From contig OZ316891.1 of the NCBI GenBank assembly GCA_973895155.1, forward strand, positions 17,234,095 through 17,298,094: a DNA stretch of 64,000 nt, given 5' to 3'. Below are positions 38,203 through 50,419 of this stretch, piece after piece. The stretch's first letter is position 1; each line of letters opens with the position of its first letter. The stretch is from Marsupella aquatica. Its lineage: Eukaryota > Plantae > Marchantiophyta. The notes beneath the pieces are model-generated. The model searched no databases, was not told the origin of the DNA, and saw only the letters and a program-made list of their open reading frames with translations. The position numbers were made by a program, and so were the translations under genes.

Positions 38203-39739
38203 AGCAAAAGCTCCAGTTCTGAAGAGAGAAGGGGGACAATCAATTTCCACCAGGGCAGTTCGGTCACCTTGCAGCTGGAGATTCTCAGTCGTATTTGTAG
38301 CCTGCACAGTCCTTAAGCGAGCGGAGCTGCTTCAAGCACAGGCGATGTGGCCTTAAAAAACATCAGACCTCGCACGATAGCTCAGCCAGGTTTCGTTTCC
38401 ACACATCGGACCTCGACGTTGGGCGCAGGGCTTCGACAACTTTCAGTCTCCGGCTAAACTGACGTTGACCCTAATCTTAACTAGGCAGCACTAACCAGAG
38501 CCAAACCAGGCCTCCCTACAACAGACACGTGTCTCTTTCTATGTAACTCGACCACGATTTCTTAACTGGCAAAATCATTGGTGACTTTAAGGATATTGAG
38601 AATTCGCCCATGGTTTTTGTAAACTATGGCCAAGAACATGGATGACTTTACGGATATCTTTACTGTCAATTATTTATTATTTGAGCAAACTAGATTAGGA
38701 GTCAACCTCTTAATGTTAGCGTACTTCAGATTTACATCTCCTCAGACCTCATAACCATTCTGACTGAATCCAGAGTACAGTATTCATGATGTGTAAGGAT
38801 TGAGGCAATGTCAAGGGTAGTAGTTAGAGGCAATTTATTATCCAACAATCCCAACATGCTTTAGGGTGCTAGTGTCAGAAAGATGGAAAAAACATCAAGA
38901 ATATTCTGTTATCTCACTTTCAAATTCACCAGCAAAACTTTACCTTTAGTGATTAATTGGAAGCCACACTCAATTGCACAAAGTTATTTTTGATTCCTTC
39001 CATACTTTTGTTGAGTGGCCATTTACATGTTTTCCAGCCAAAAAACATTCTTAGTCTAATTTTCCTGGTACTTTGCTAAACTTATCCAAAACATGTGGTT
39101 TGCCCCCAAATTCAGTAGACAACACCATTTTCCAGGCCATATTGCCTCACATAGAGACTCAGCTCGAGTTGATTTATCAAAATGGAATTCTTGGAGTCTT
39201 GTCTGGAATTGTATTTCCTTCCTTTTTCCCAAAACTGCTCTCATGCTTTACCAGCCCACCGTTTTGGGGAGGTTAAAGTTTAATTGTGTATCATTTGCAC
39301 AAACTAGATTACAACTACCCACTGTAGTTCAAGAACACCCTCCCTCGGTTGAGAACTTCTTGAAATGAAGGGAAACTCTCAACTTTGGGGGAGGATAAAG
39401 TAGCATCTTTTCCCCTGCTTTCCAAATGATGGGATTCTGACAGGAGTAGAACTTGGGGAGTGACAGATATAGTTTAGGTACAGTAAAGGATCCCTCACAG
39501 AGTCACATCTACAATACAATACTATGTGTTTGTCAGTGATGGATATGGTCAAGAGTCTGACCGTAGAATGGGCCCTGATCAAAGTGGAAAATAACGTTAA
39601 TAACACTACAGTAGTTACTAGGTAAGCACTCACGTGTCAGTTAATAGACCTCAAATGAGGGCATTGGAGACTTGGAGTGGGCAGCTTAGCTATCCAACCA
39701 GCATTAATAGAGACTCTCAAAGCTTCAAAGTCAGTATGA

Positions 39740-39861
39740 TGGCTTTCACCCATGAAAGAATAGTCATGACTTCTTCACAACGTTGTGTAATTGTTTTTGC
39801 TGGCTTTCACCCATGAAAGAATAGTCATGACTTCTTCACAACGTTGTGTAATTGTTTTTGC
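39740..39861. repeat. Perfect 61-bp tandem duplication
   Basis: tggctttcacccatgaaag...gtaattgtttttgc at 39740-39800 and 39801-39861. Confidence 0.95.
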
Positions 39862-39941
39862 ATTTATGTTTTTACTAGCCTCTAAAGCTATTAATGGTAA
39901 TGGCATATGACCAATCTCTATGGCAGAAAAGTTATGGACTA

Positions 39942-41040
39942 CTAGCTCAATACCCGTGCGTTGCACAAAAGAAGTCATGTCGGCCAAGATGTCGTTGAGA
40001 AAAAAAGATGTCGTGTCGGCCAAGAGGTCATTGAGAGAAAAGATGTAGTGTCAGCCAAGAGGTTGTGGAGAGAAAAAGATGTTGTGTCGGCCAAGAGGTC
40101 GTGGAGAGAAAAGATGTAGTGTCGGCCAAGAGGTCGTGGAGAAAAAAGATGTAGTGTCGGCCAAGAGGTCATGGAGAGAAAAGATGTTGTGTCGGCCAAG
40201 AGGTCGTTGAGAGAAAAGAAGTCGTTGAGAAAAAAAGATGGCCAAGAGGTCGTTAAGAGAAAAGAAGTCATTGAGGAAAAAATTTGTCATGTCGGTCAAG
40301 AGGTCATTGAGAAAAAAGATGTCATGTCGGCCAAGATGTTGTCAAGAAAACAATTGTCATGTCGGCCAAGATGTCGTTGAGAAAAAATATGTCGTGTCAA
40401 CAAAGACATCATTGAGGGAAAAGATGTCATGTCAGCCAAGACATCGTTGAGGGAAAATACCCGTGCATTGCACAAAAGATGTCCTTGAAGTCATTTTGCC
40501 AAAGATGCCATTATGTTAAAGATGTTGATAAGAAAAATGTGTCATTTTGCCAAAGATATCGTGAAATAAAAGATGTTATAAAGAAAAAAAAGGTGTCGTT
40601 TCATCCAAGTTGTCATTATGTGAAAGATGTTATGAAGTAAAAAGTCAAGGAGAGAAGGAGCAAGTCTTTTTCTTTGTTTGTTTTTTACCCAAAATGCCCT
40701 TGCATTTGAATGGCGACCACTCTATACATTGGCGCAATGTTATATTATTGGTTTCAGGTTTAAGGTTATGACCATTTTATCGCTATCCTTTCAATCCCCG
40801 TGCGTTGCATAAAAGATGTTGTTTGGTTAAAGATGTTGTTGAGAAATAGCTCATGGTGCAAAAGATATTATTGAATAAAAAATTGCACAAAACTTTTTGT
40901 TGAATGAAAGATATCATTGTGCAAAATACTGGCCACGGCAGCCACAAAAGTTCCCTTTTTCTTTTTTCTCCTTGCACAAAAAAATTCTTTGAATAAAAGA
41001 CGTCATTGCACAAACCACTGGCTATGACAACCACAAAAGT
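39942..41040 (-). mobile_element. Non-autonomous Helitron 3' region
   Basis: The minus strand reads gtgcaacgcacgggtattgagCTAG|T ending at 39942, a typical plant Helitron hairpin plus CTAG. Related hairpin copies near 40460 and 40800. The 5' end was not located. Confidence 0.65.
39975..40450. repeat. 35-36 bp minisatellite, about 13 copies, degenerating to ~40640
   Basis: Unit gtcggccaagaggtcgtKgagagaaaagatgtMgt. Confidence 0.95.
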
Positions 41041-44000
41041 ATAACAAAATGAGAGGTGTTTTCCCCCCCTTGTAAACTTTTTTTCCTCTTATGTTCCTTT
41101 TAAACCTTAACCTCCCCCTTTTCCCCATTTCACCATCACTCCACTCGCTCGCCGCCCCCTCCCTCCCCACCCGTGCACGACTGGAGCCCTTCGAGGGGCT
41201 GCCCTACATTGCAAGTGTGCCCCTCGCCCGACAACTTGCCATCAACGTCCGTGTCATGCGTTTCACTATATCTTTGGGCCCTATTACTGTTGTTTTTTGG
41301 CATTGAAAATGATAGTGCAAATGACTCTAAAAATCACCACAGATATTGGGAGAACAATTTTTTATTTATCAAGTGACTAAAATATTATTAGCAATTAAAC
41401 TCCTCTTATCACTATCATACAAAACTATGTTGCACATAATATTGAATATGTAGAATACTTTGAGTATGTACAATAAGGATCATGGAGGCCTGGAGTGAAT
41501 ATACTCCTTGATCCTCGTGCATTGATTGTCGTGCATTAATTAAAGTCTTTCACTTTTTGGGGTGTCTCGTGTGATTATTTGGCTTGTCTTGGACAATGGT
41601 GTAACTTTTTGTGTCACACTAAACTCAATCCACATTTTGATTTTATTACTTACCTTTGATCACATTTTTAAATTTTTATGCCCTTCAAATTTGAATGATG
41701 ACCACTCTAAAAAGTGGCGTAACTGTGTATTATACTTTAGGATAAATTTGGTGGTCCCTAACTTGTTGTGTCCTTAACCCCTAACTAGGGAGTTCAGGTC
41801 CATCAGATTCTGAGCCATAAAAAATAGCCATATTTTTTTTCACAGGGTTGTGTGAAAGTACTTAATTTTTAGTTCATTTTTCACAAGCCTCTGCATGACT
41901 TAGAATGGTAGCATATGATCATACTTTACCCCAGTGTTATGGATTATGAATTAGGTAGTCCATAATTTTTTCTGTCCTTAACTTAGTATGGAGGTAGAGT
42001 CCAGTTTTGAGGTTTGAGACCCCCAGTGTAGATTGATTTTTTTCTTAAGAGAGAGAGGTGAGTATTGTGTACTTGTGAATGCGCCTGGACAAGCTGTTTA
42101 TGGTTCACATATTCTCTCTGACCAATGTGGTTATGTAATGCTCTCCAAACTACAAATGTAAAACATGGGGGACTCTCTAAGTTAAACAGGGCAGATTTTG
42201 TTGGTGCAATTAGAAGCTAGGTTCAGGCAATTTTGCTCTTCTCTGGGCACCAGTTTCCTGCCTATGAGCAAAATCAAAAGATAGGTGCCTACATTCCCTA
42301 CTGGTGCTGACCACTATACTAGGGCCTTTGGTAAACAGGAGGCTCACTGGTGCCCCAGACCACAATAGGAGATTGCCATGGTAGGGGAGTTTGAGCATTG
42401 TAATGGTAGCTGTTACAAGAAGGCAACAATATCAAAGCTCGTGGTTTCTCTTACAGTTGAAATTCTACCAAATTCCACTCTCACAAAGGCTCTGGAAAAC
42501 AATTCAAAGTAAATACTTAGATCCTGAAAATTTGCAACTTTTTTCATTCTTCTAGGGGAATATGTCCACTATGGCTCTCTTCCAAGAACCTTAAAAAAAC
42601 TGCCATCAATAACATTCAGATCTTTCTGTCTTGGAAATCCGTGATTTATAAGCATAGACACATAATTTTGGTCATCCAACATTGGTAGTCTAGGATGTTG
42701 CAATCCATACTACAATTTGTGAGCTATGTCTAGCGTGAAGCCATAGGCCACAAACGCCATGAGAGTGAAATCATTCTAGTGAATGAAATTACATAATTTC
42801 TCATTAGTAACAAAATTTTAATACTAGACTATGCTCTTGAATAGGGACCGGCATAGGGAGTTTGGGTACAATATAGATAACCCTTCTTGTGCATCAGCGT
42901 GGGCACAAGAAGTTTAGTGTGCATTTTTCTGTGGGCGCAAATTTGCCAAAAACTTAAACTCGAAAACAGGCTGGCTAATGATACTCGGTCTAAATTCTGG
43001 AAAAAAGCAGCCCTTTGCCACATCAGGAACACGGGCTAGCATTGCCAGCAAGTCCTAGGCAAGGTAAGGGTTGTTTAGCCTGCTGCTCATTACCATGCAA
43101 TGTACATAGTCGCCAGTTGCTGACAATGAGCTAACGGGTTTTTCCCAATAATGAGGTAGTGGAGCCAAGAAGTTTTCCCAAATAGTTCATTTCAAGTTTC
43201 TATTAAAGAGAGCAACTGTTTAATTTACCATTAACCAGTGAACATATTCTTAACCAGAGACTATTAGCCACTTTGCTACAACCCAAAGCAGATGCAATAG
43301 TCAACTTTCCTTTCTCCATAGGCCAGTAGGGAGCCACATTGGCTAATTTTTTAAATACAGAAAGAAATGGCTGCCTCCGACCATAAAGTGGTGGGATGAG
43401 GAACACCAGAATGACAGTGTTTAGTCCTAGACAGTAGTAGGTGTTGGATGGGGGAACCTGGTCTAGGGGGAAGGTAAGGTTGGAGGGGGTTACTATGGGC
43501 AAATTGCAAGTCTCCATGTGTCTGCAAACCAATCATGTGCCATCTGTAGGTTAGTGTAGTCAAGTTAAGCTGATCCATGTACAAGAGGGCCAACCTCAGA
43601 GTATAATTAGTTTTGGGGGCAAGTTAGTAATTTGAACCAGTTTGGGGGATAGGATAGTAAACTATGATAACCTCCTTGTGATCTTAAAAACTTGTTCCTT
43701 CCACTCTATTGCTATTCTCGAGGCTATTCTTTATGTTCACCTATTTACAGTTTGCCCCAGGCAAGTAGTCCCCAAACCAAGGAATATAAACAACTTGAAC
43801 AACAGTTATACTCATAACAGCAATTTTAAGCACAGTCTGAAACCTATTCTCATCATTAATTATTCCAATAAAGAAGATGAGTGTATCCTACACTTTTCCT
43901 TTGAAATAAACAAAGAGGAGCATATCCCCGCTTGTTTTGCATTTTTTGGTTTTGTTTTGGAAGAAGGTAATAGCCCAAGGTTATAAAATACCTTATATTT

Positions 44001-45909
44001 GGGTGCTTCAATTTTGCTAACAATAGATATGTCACCTGGATGAGAGATCCAGCCATCCCCAATGTGGTCCGGGCTGAACTCATGGAAATCTTGCTTAGCT
44101 CATCAGTAGAGACTTTCCGGTTTGGTGTATTTTGAGAAACCTTAGCATTTCAAATCAAGCAAAGAAGCATGACTAAGTGGATTTACAGACTGGCCAAACA
44201 TTGTTTTCTAAAATACTACTCTAAATCTTTCAGGAATAATTTTTTACGATAATAATACTACAGAAAAATCCACTTTGATAGGCACTTGTTACCTGTATGA
44301 ATTTATGTAATTAATACAAGAATGCAAATGTGGGGGTTCTCCTGCCTGCAAGCCAGTTGCGCAGCTTGCTTATGGAGGCTTTCCCTTTCATAAATGAATT
44401 ATTTTGAATACTCAATAGTAGGATGCACTTTTAGACAACAAAATGCACATTAAAAAATGCACAGCAGCAGTAAATGAGTTTCCAAGGAATGCTACTGGTA
44501 GTCCAAAATGTGGTGCAGTCCATGGGAGTGACTCATTAATTGGTGCTACTTCTCTTTTGTGAAACTAATATAAGATGTTGCAAAACAAGGTGTTGAAAAC
44601 AAACTCACTCAAACTGTCTCAAGGTGGCCTTTACGTTCTGACTGGCTACCAACCTGAATTAACCTGACCTAAGCTCCATAAGTACTCTGGAAGCATCTGC
44701 AGTAGTTTGAGATTTTCACTCGCTTTTGTTTCCATGTGTGATTATCAGCTGGAATGTTGTCCATCGTTCAACAGTCTGTCTTCAACTGTATCCCCTACTG
44801 ATCATCTCCCATTTCTGTGATGGTGTGCTGGTGCAGGCTCACATCGTGAGTGCTGAGTGGAAGGCACCAATCCCTAATTCTATTTGTGAAATGGATAGGG
44901 GGGTTGTCTTGGAGAGTAAATGTCAAGGTAGAGTTTTTGACTTGCGATGTTGAACTCCTATTCATTTAGCAATGCAAGGTACCACTGGGGTACCAACCCA
45001 TCAAAAATGCACGGCTGTTGGGAGACAGCGTAAATGCAAGGAAGTAAGCATCGTTGATAGAGACACTCTAGCAACTCAAATTCCACCTGACTCAAAAGAT
45101 TTCGTCTATTTTGGCTACACATAGCCATCCTTGTTGTTTTTGGTTTGCAAGTTTCTCACCTAGGCACAGACCATATTAGCCAGAATAAGTAAATAAGATC
45201 TACCTAGTATTTTTTCCTCCACACAAGGTGACCTTGGCTAAAAAAGGAAACACCTTAAAAAAATAGAATATTTCTAACCATTGCGCCAAGTGACATCTGC
45301 AGGAACTTCTTCAGATGTGTGAGATTCAGCTCAGGGATTTTCTTAGTGGTGAAAGTTTGTTAGATTCACCTCTCTTAAAAGTAATGGCCAGTTTTAACCA
45401 AAAACCCACTGTATTTTATACAGCACAATAGTCAAATTTTCAGCTAGCCATATAGACCCCAATAGCCAGAATCCAAGGGTCATCACAATTTTGACCGTCA
45501 TTTGACATTCTAGAAAAATTAAATAAGGAATATTGATAGCATTTTTTCGTCACACAAGGTGACGGAACTCGCACGAACGGGAAGTAATAATTAAAAGTTA
45601 ACATATCTAATGAAGTTAAAATTACGGTAATGTCTGGCCGTACAGTTGGAACGTGAAATTCCCGCTCTTTCTTTCCCTCCGTAGAGTTTCAAAAGCTCGT
45701 CCCGCTCTCGAAGTTTGGTACCCGATTTTATTCTGGACGGTACGAAACGACAACGTTCGTACCGTTGGGGTTTTGTCTTGACAGGGAAATCTGGTGCAGA
45801 CTGAAAATACGACCGTAAATGCGGTCACTGAAGTGCGACGAACTGAAACGTAGGCCTATCTGCCCTGACTGCAGTCAGTACCCTTCGTGACTTCTCGGGA
45901 CTCGGGCAC

Positions 45910-46031
45910 CGGGCAGCAGGTCCGAAGCTCTCACGTTCCGGTTTAAGAAAACGGGCAGCAGTCCGAAGCCTTCGAGTTTCGATTTAGGAAACGGGCAGCA
46001 GGTCCGGAGGTTTCGGGTTCCGATTGGGAAA
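45910..46031. repeat. ~41-bp tandem repeat x3 in a GC island
   Basis: cgggcagca(g)gtccgRag...YcgRttt..gaaa at 45910, 45952 and 45992. Confidence 0.85.
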
Positions 46032-46233
46032 TGGAAGATGGGGTCATGGGGCCCTACCACGTGGAGGGACAGTTGCCCAGGCGCCCAGCCCTTCCTGCAA
46101 TCCTGCCCGCCCTGACGGAATCTGCCTGCCCTACTCCATTCACCACGAAAGACAATCTCGAGGCTCATTAAGAGTCTCGGGTACACCTGCCCGCGCCTAC
46201 TGCCCGCCCCGCTCACATTTTTTTCGAATTTTA

Positions 46234-46368
46234 CTAGCATGAATGATCCCCACTTTTTGGGTGGGGTGAATGCTAAAAAGCATTCTTGATATACAGCAGG
46301 GTTTGAACCCGGGACCTCGAACTCCCCAACTGATCTGGGTTACCATTGAGCCCTTCCTCAATTCGGGA
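46234..46368 (-). mobile_element. Small tRNA-like (SINE-like) element ending in a Helitron-like hairpin and CTAG
   Basis: Minus strand: A-box-like ggctcaatggta (46352-46341), B-box ggttcaaacc (46309-46300), TTTTT, hairpin ccccac-N7-gtgggg, 10 nt, CTAG|T at 46234. Confidence 0.5.
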
Positions 46369-46979
46369 TGAGGTACATTCACGTCAGGTACTTAAACTGA
46401 AATCAGATACAGCACAGGCGGGCAACGGGCAGCACTTACGGGGTAATCAATGTTAATCCGCATTGATTGTCCTCGAGATTGCCTTTCGTCCTTAATCCCT
46501 ACTCCTGGCCTGACTTGGGCCTCTCGGTAACATCCATCTCGGTTGGCCATAAAGACGTGTGGAAATGTGGAATGGAAGTGTGTGCAGTAAATTCTGTCAG
46601 GCTGTCGTGCGTCTCCGTCCTTTGGTACTTGAACGAGTACGGGAAAGTACGATGAGAAACGCTTCCAAAATAATTTATGACTAAACTAATCTGGCGGCAT
46701 ATTCTAGATTTGATCAGATCGTATAATATTTGATCGCTTTTCGCACCAGCCATGCCTCACCCTCACTATCCCTATCCATGCATCCTCGCCACTCCTTCAC
46801 TAATCACGCACACGGGCAGCGGGCATGACATGGTAAACTACCTTGCAAACATACAAGGAGACATTCCTGGCAATAAATTTACCTGTAAACCACCTTAATT
46901 AGAGATGACTTGCGCATCTTTGTGTCAAAAGACGCACGAGTAAAAAAATTGAAACACTAGAAAAATTATTAGGCTCTCT

Positions 46980-47187
46980 TAAACCACACCTGTCACTATA
47001 AAAGTCTCATTCCATGTCTAACTATTCATCATAAAAAATGAAACACTAACACGTTTTATGAAATACTTATCAAAAAAAAGTTTTACAATCAACACTTTTT
47101 ATAGAACTCAAAATACATTTTGGAACTTGTATTCTTTAGAATGAGAGCTACGGGTTACCCGTAGCCTTTTATAGAGGGTGTGGTTTA
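46980..47187. mobile_element. MITE copy 2 (AT-shifted)
   Basis: Colinear with 34257-34467, TTAA on both sides, identical palindrome at 47147-47165. Confidence 0.85.
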
Positions 47188-48003
47188 AAAGTTTTGAATG
47201 TATTTCTAAATTTGACCTTGGTTAATTGACCAAAGTCCAATAATGAGTTAGGAAGCAAGGCTCACGATAGCTGATGGGTGAACAATGGGGCATTGGGTCT
47301 GAACACCTATGCAGAGATTGCAGTCACATAAAGGGATGCCATATTCCCCTGAAAACAATGCAGTGGTGCTGTGTTCAAAAATGGAAAATCTTTGGTCCTC
47401 ATAAGAAAAGATCATAACGTTTACACTAAGTCTGGGCACTCTGTTCGAAGTTGGACCCCAAAATTCTTTGACATTCAGCACAAACTATATATCAAAAACA
47501 CCAAACTGGGAGACAGGGTCCCAATGGCAACAAATCCCAATAAAGGAACAAAAGGAAAGGGAAAAAGGCCAAAAAATTCTAACAGTTCCAACAAGCCAAA
47601 GATTCGGGTCTCGTTAACTGCACATCAAAATATGACATATACGATGTATCACACCCTTGCATAAGGTGATAATCCTAGTTTTTTCCTTTCAATCAATGAA
47701 TACAATCACATTTTGATATGTGAGTACCAGCAGGGCAAGGATTCACCCACAAAAAGGACTGAACAATAAAAGACAAAAGGTGCAAATTTATGAGTGAATG
47801 AAATAACAATAACAACAACTCCATAATTGAGCCCCATCATTGCAGGCAGATCAAACTGGCAAGTGGAATGCTCTTGTTTTTTGTATTACAAATTTGTTTA
47901 CTCCCTTTGTGTAATTTCAATGTTTCAATTAATTACAAATTCTTTTTAGGGATGAAATATTTTTGCGAAGTAGAGGAAGCTTGAATGATGCTCTCGAACA
48001 CAC

Positions 48004-48048
48004 ATCATTCTTGCTTAAGCCAATCATTCTTGCTTAAGCCAATCATTC
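48004..48048. repeat. 19-bp tandem repeat x2.4
   Basis: Unit atcattcttgcttaagcca. Confidence 0.9.
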
Positions 48049-50419
48049 CTGTTTACACGCTAAATTGATCAATGCCCAATTCAAACACAACATCCAAACT
48101 CAAAGACTTGTATATGCAAAAATCCAAAACAGAGAGTCAAATTTTGATCACAATGAGCTACTAGAATACAGGGTCCATAAATGTAGTCCATGGGACTGTG
48201 TTTGGGGAAGATGCTAGTACACTTCGAAAGGTCTCTAGAAAATTTTCATTCAAAGTTGCACAAAACTAGGTTTCCATGTATAGATAGCATACTTTTCTTA
48301 CATTAGAGGAATGAACCCTAGGATAGTAGCATTACATTTGTAAAAATTAGCCCCTAGCACTAGACTATAAATTACTATCAACGTCATCCAGTCAATTTAC
48401 TAAAGGGATAAATGTATCTTTCCAAGTGTAGGTCTCACAAAACATCGCGTCTAAAGATAGCGTTTTTATCACAAAAACGTTTTTATTGTAGAAGGTCCTA
48501 TACAGGGAAATGAATGGAAGGTGCAGATAGATCTGCTGTTCACAGCTGCAAATGACCAGTAGCAGGCCCCTTTAATAAATCACCTAGTGAAGGTTCTCAT
48601 GGAATCTTTGACCTATAATTAGCAGGTGGGGCCAAAGTCTCCCCGTACTTCAATTCGAAGAGTCCATCAATTAGACCGGTTTTTGACCTAATAATCATAC
48701 TGATCGTCCCTTTCAGTGAGACGCCGCAAACCATGCTGCTACTAGTGGGTGCTCGATCTTGTACAGCTGGGAGCGGATTGGACCGTTGAATATAGGGAGG
48801 CAGAACGCAAGGCGCTGAGTTGGAACAGATCAATTTGGGATTTTGGGGTGCAGGGCTGCCCGCGGGCAGCACCAAGAAAGGTAAAAAACGGACGGGTCGG
48901 GGCGTCGTTGGGCAGGCAGGTCGGGGCAGCGGTCCCAGATGGTGTCTAATTGAGTTTTCTTGGGCGTGACTTCAAAACCGTTAGAGCGTCGGGGAGGCGT
49001 GGGTGAGGCTTCTTTGTATCGACCCGCGACTCCGCGTCCTGGTCATGATGAACCTTTATATGCCTGCCCAGCCTAGGAATCTCGCCGAGAATGGGTCCAG
49101 CGGTCAGCCGTTCAGGACTTCAGGCGTTGGACTCCACCCATACCGACGGGTGCGAAATCCGGTCGACCCCTTTTCGGGAATTTTTAACAAGGAAAGACGC
49201 CAGGGGCAGGAAGAACTTATGGAAAAGCCAAAAAGTCGTGGGGACTGAGTGTCGTTTTGGGGGGGTATAATTAAGGACAAGATACTAAGAATATTTTATA
49301 TGTCCCTAAATCTTTCTAGATTTAACGATAAACCAAAATATTCAGGCCAAAAGGCGAAAGCCTTGTAAAATCTCATAAAGTGGTGAAAACTTGTCACTTA
49401 AGTGGAATATGGTGAATGCATATTTTAAATTTTGTATTATTCAGATTTTTGTGTCATCTATTTTCATTTCAATCTGCCTTTGTATTTTATAGGTTTTTAA
49501 TTAATTTTTAGACCCCTTTAGTTTTAGGTATTCTAAAGTGTTTTGAACTTATTTTGGTAGTCCCCTTTCACAGTATGTGTTTTTTTAGAGATGAAACCAA
49601 AGGCTCCACCATCACGAGTGAGAGAAATGATGTTGAAGAACATGAATGCATAGCCTCTTAAGTTCTCCTCATGTTTTTCTTTCTTAGGTTTATGGTTTTT
49701 ATTGTAAGGAGTGTCATTCATAAGGCACCCTGAGTTAAGTGCACACATCGTAGCATCCTTTGTTTAATTGTACCTTTTCTTGGTCACTGTGCTTTTTTTG
49801 GCAGACACTTTACTTATATAACAACACTTTTATGCCCTCATATTTTATTTACTTTCGGATCACTACAAGACAAAAAATGAAGCATGTTCCAGGATGAGCA
49901 TGCTATATGGCAAATTTTAGCAACTAAACAAATTCTGGGGATGTCTTGGTAGATAAATAATCATTTCATTTTGTGGGCTGAGGTTGGTGGTTTGAGGATC
50001 TCCAGACACATTTTTGTCTATGGCCCTTCCATGTGCCCCCCTATGTGGTTCACTCCTGAGCTTTACGTGTTGCACCCTTCTGTTTCCAGTCCCAATTTAA
50101 TGGATGACATTCAAACATTGATAGAGAATTTATTATTCAAGCTTCTTGTCATCCAGGCATGGGGTCGGGGTCCATATACTGGAGAACCAAAGGCAAGGGC
50201 TAGAAACTTTAGCGTCCCTTTCCTGTACCTTGAAATGACTGTTGAACAAGAAAACAGGAAGAGCTTTTTTCCAATTACTGTAGCTCAGGGAGTGATCACG
50301 CCATCACGGCCACATCTTGAGTACTGCAGAGATGCAAGTTGGCTATAAATTGAAGAGACAGCACAACTATTGCTGTATTTTCGGTCTGTGAAATATTCCC
50401 TTTCAATCTCGGTGGGGTG

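Larger units (their letters stand above)
34718..38661. mobile_element. Full-length PIF/Harbinger-superfamily (PHIS) DNA transposon, Pangu-like, inactivated
   Basis: 17-bp TIRs aaagatatccgKaaagt (34718-34734 / 38645-38661, 16 of 17 match), ACT on both flanks (34715-34717, 38662-38664), subterminal inverted blocks (34758-34787 vs 38598-38628), and two convergent genes. Confidence 0.88.

Noticed and set aside
39975-40450. Regular ~35-bp repeats resembling a CRISPR array, and repetitive ORFs
   Set aside because: No unique spacers, no cas genes and a eukaryotic context. It is a head-to-tail minisatellite and the ORFs are artefacts.
42200-44100. Possible very old LINE remnant (FLW- and YLG-like snippets)
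   Set aside because: Motifs are too short and not in a coherent order.
46290-46355. Functional tRNA gene
   Set aside because: A- and B-box-like motifs are present but there is no convincing acceptor or anticodon stem. Treated as tRNA-derived instead.
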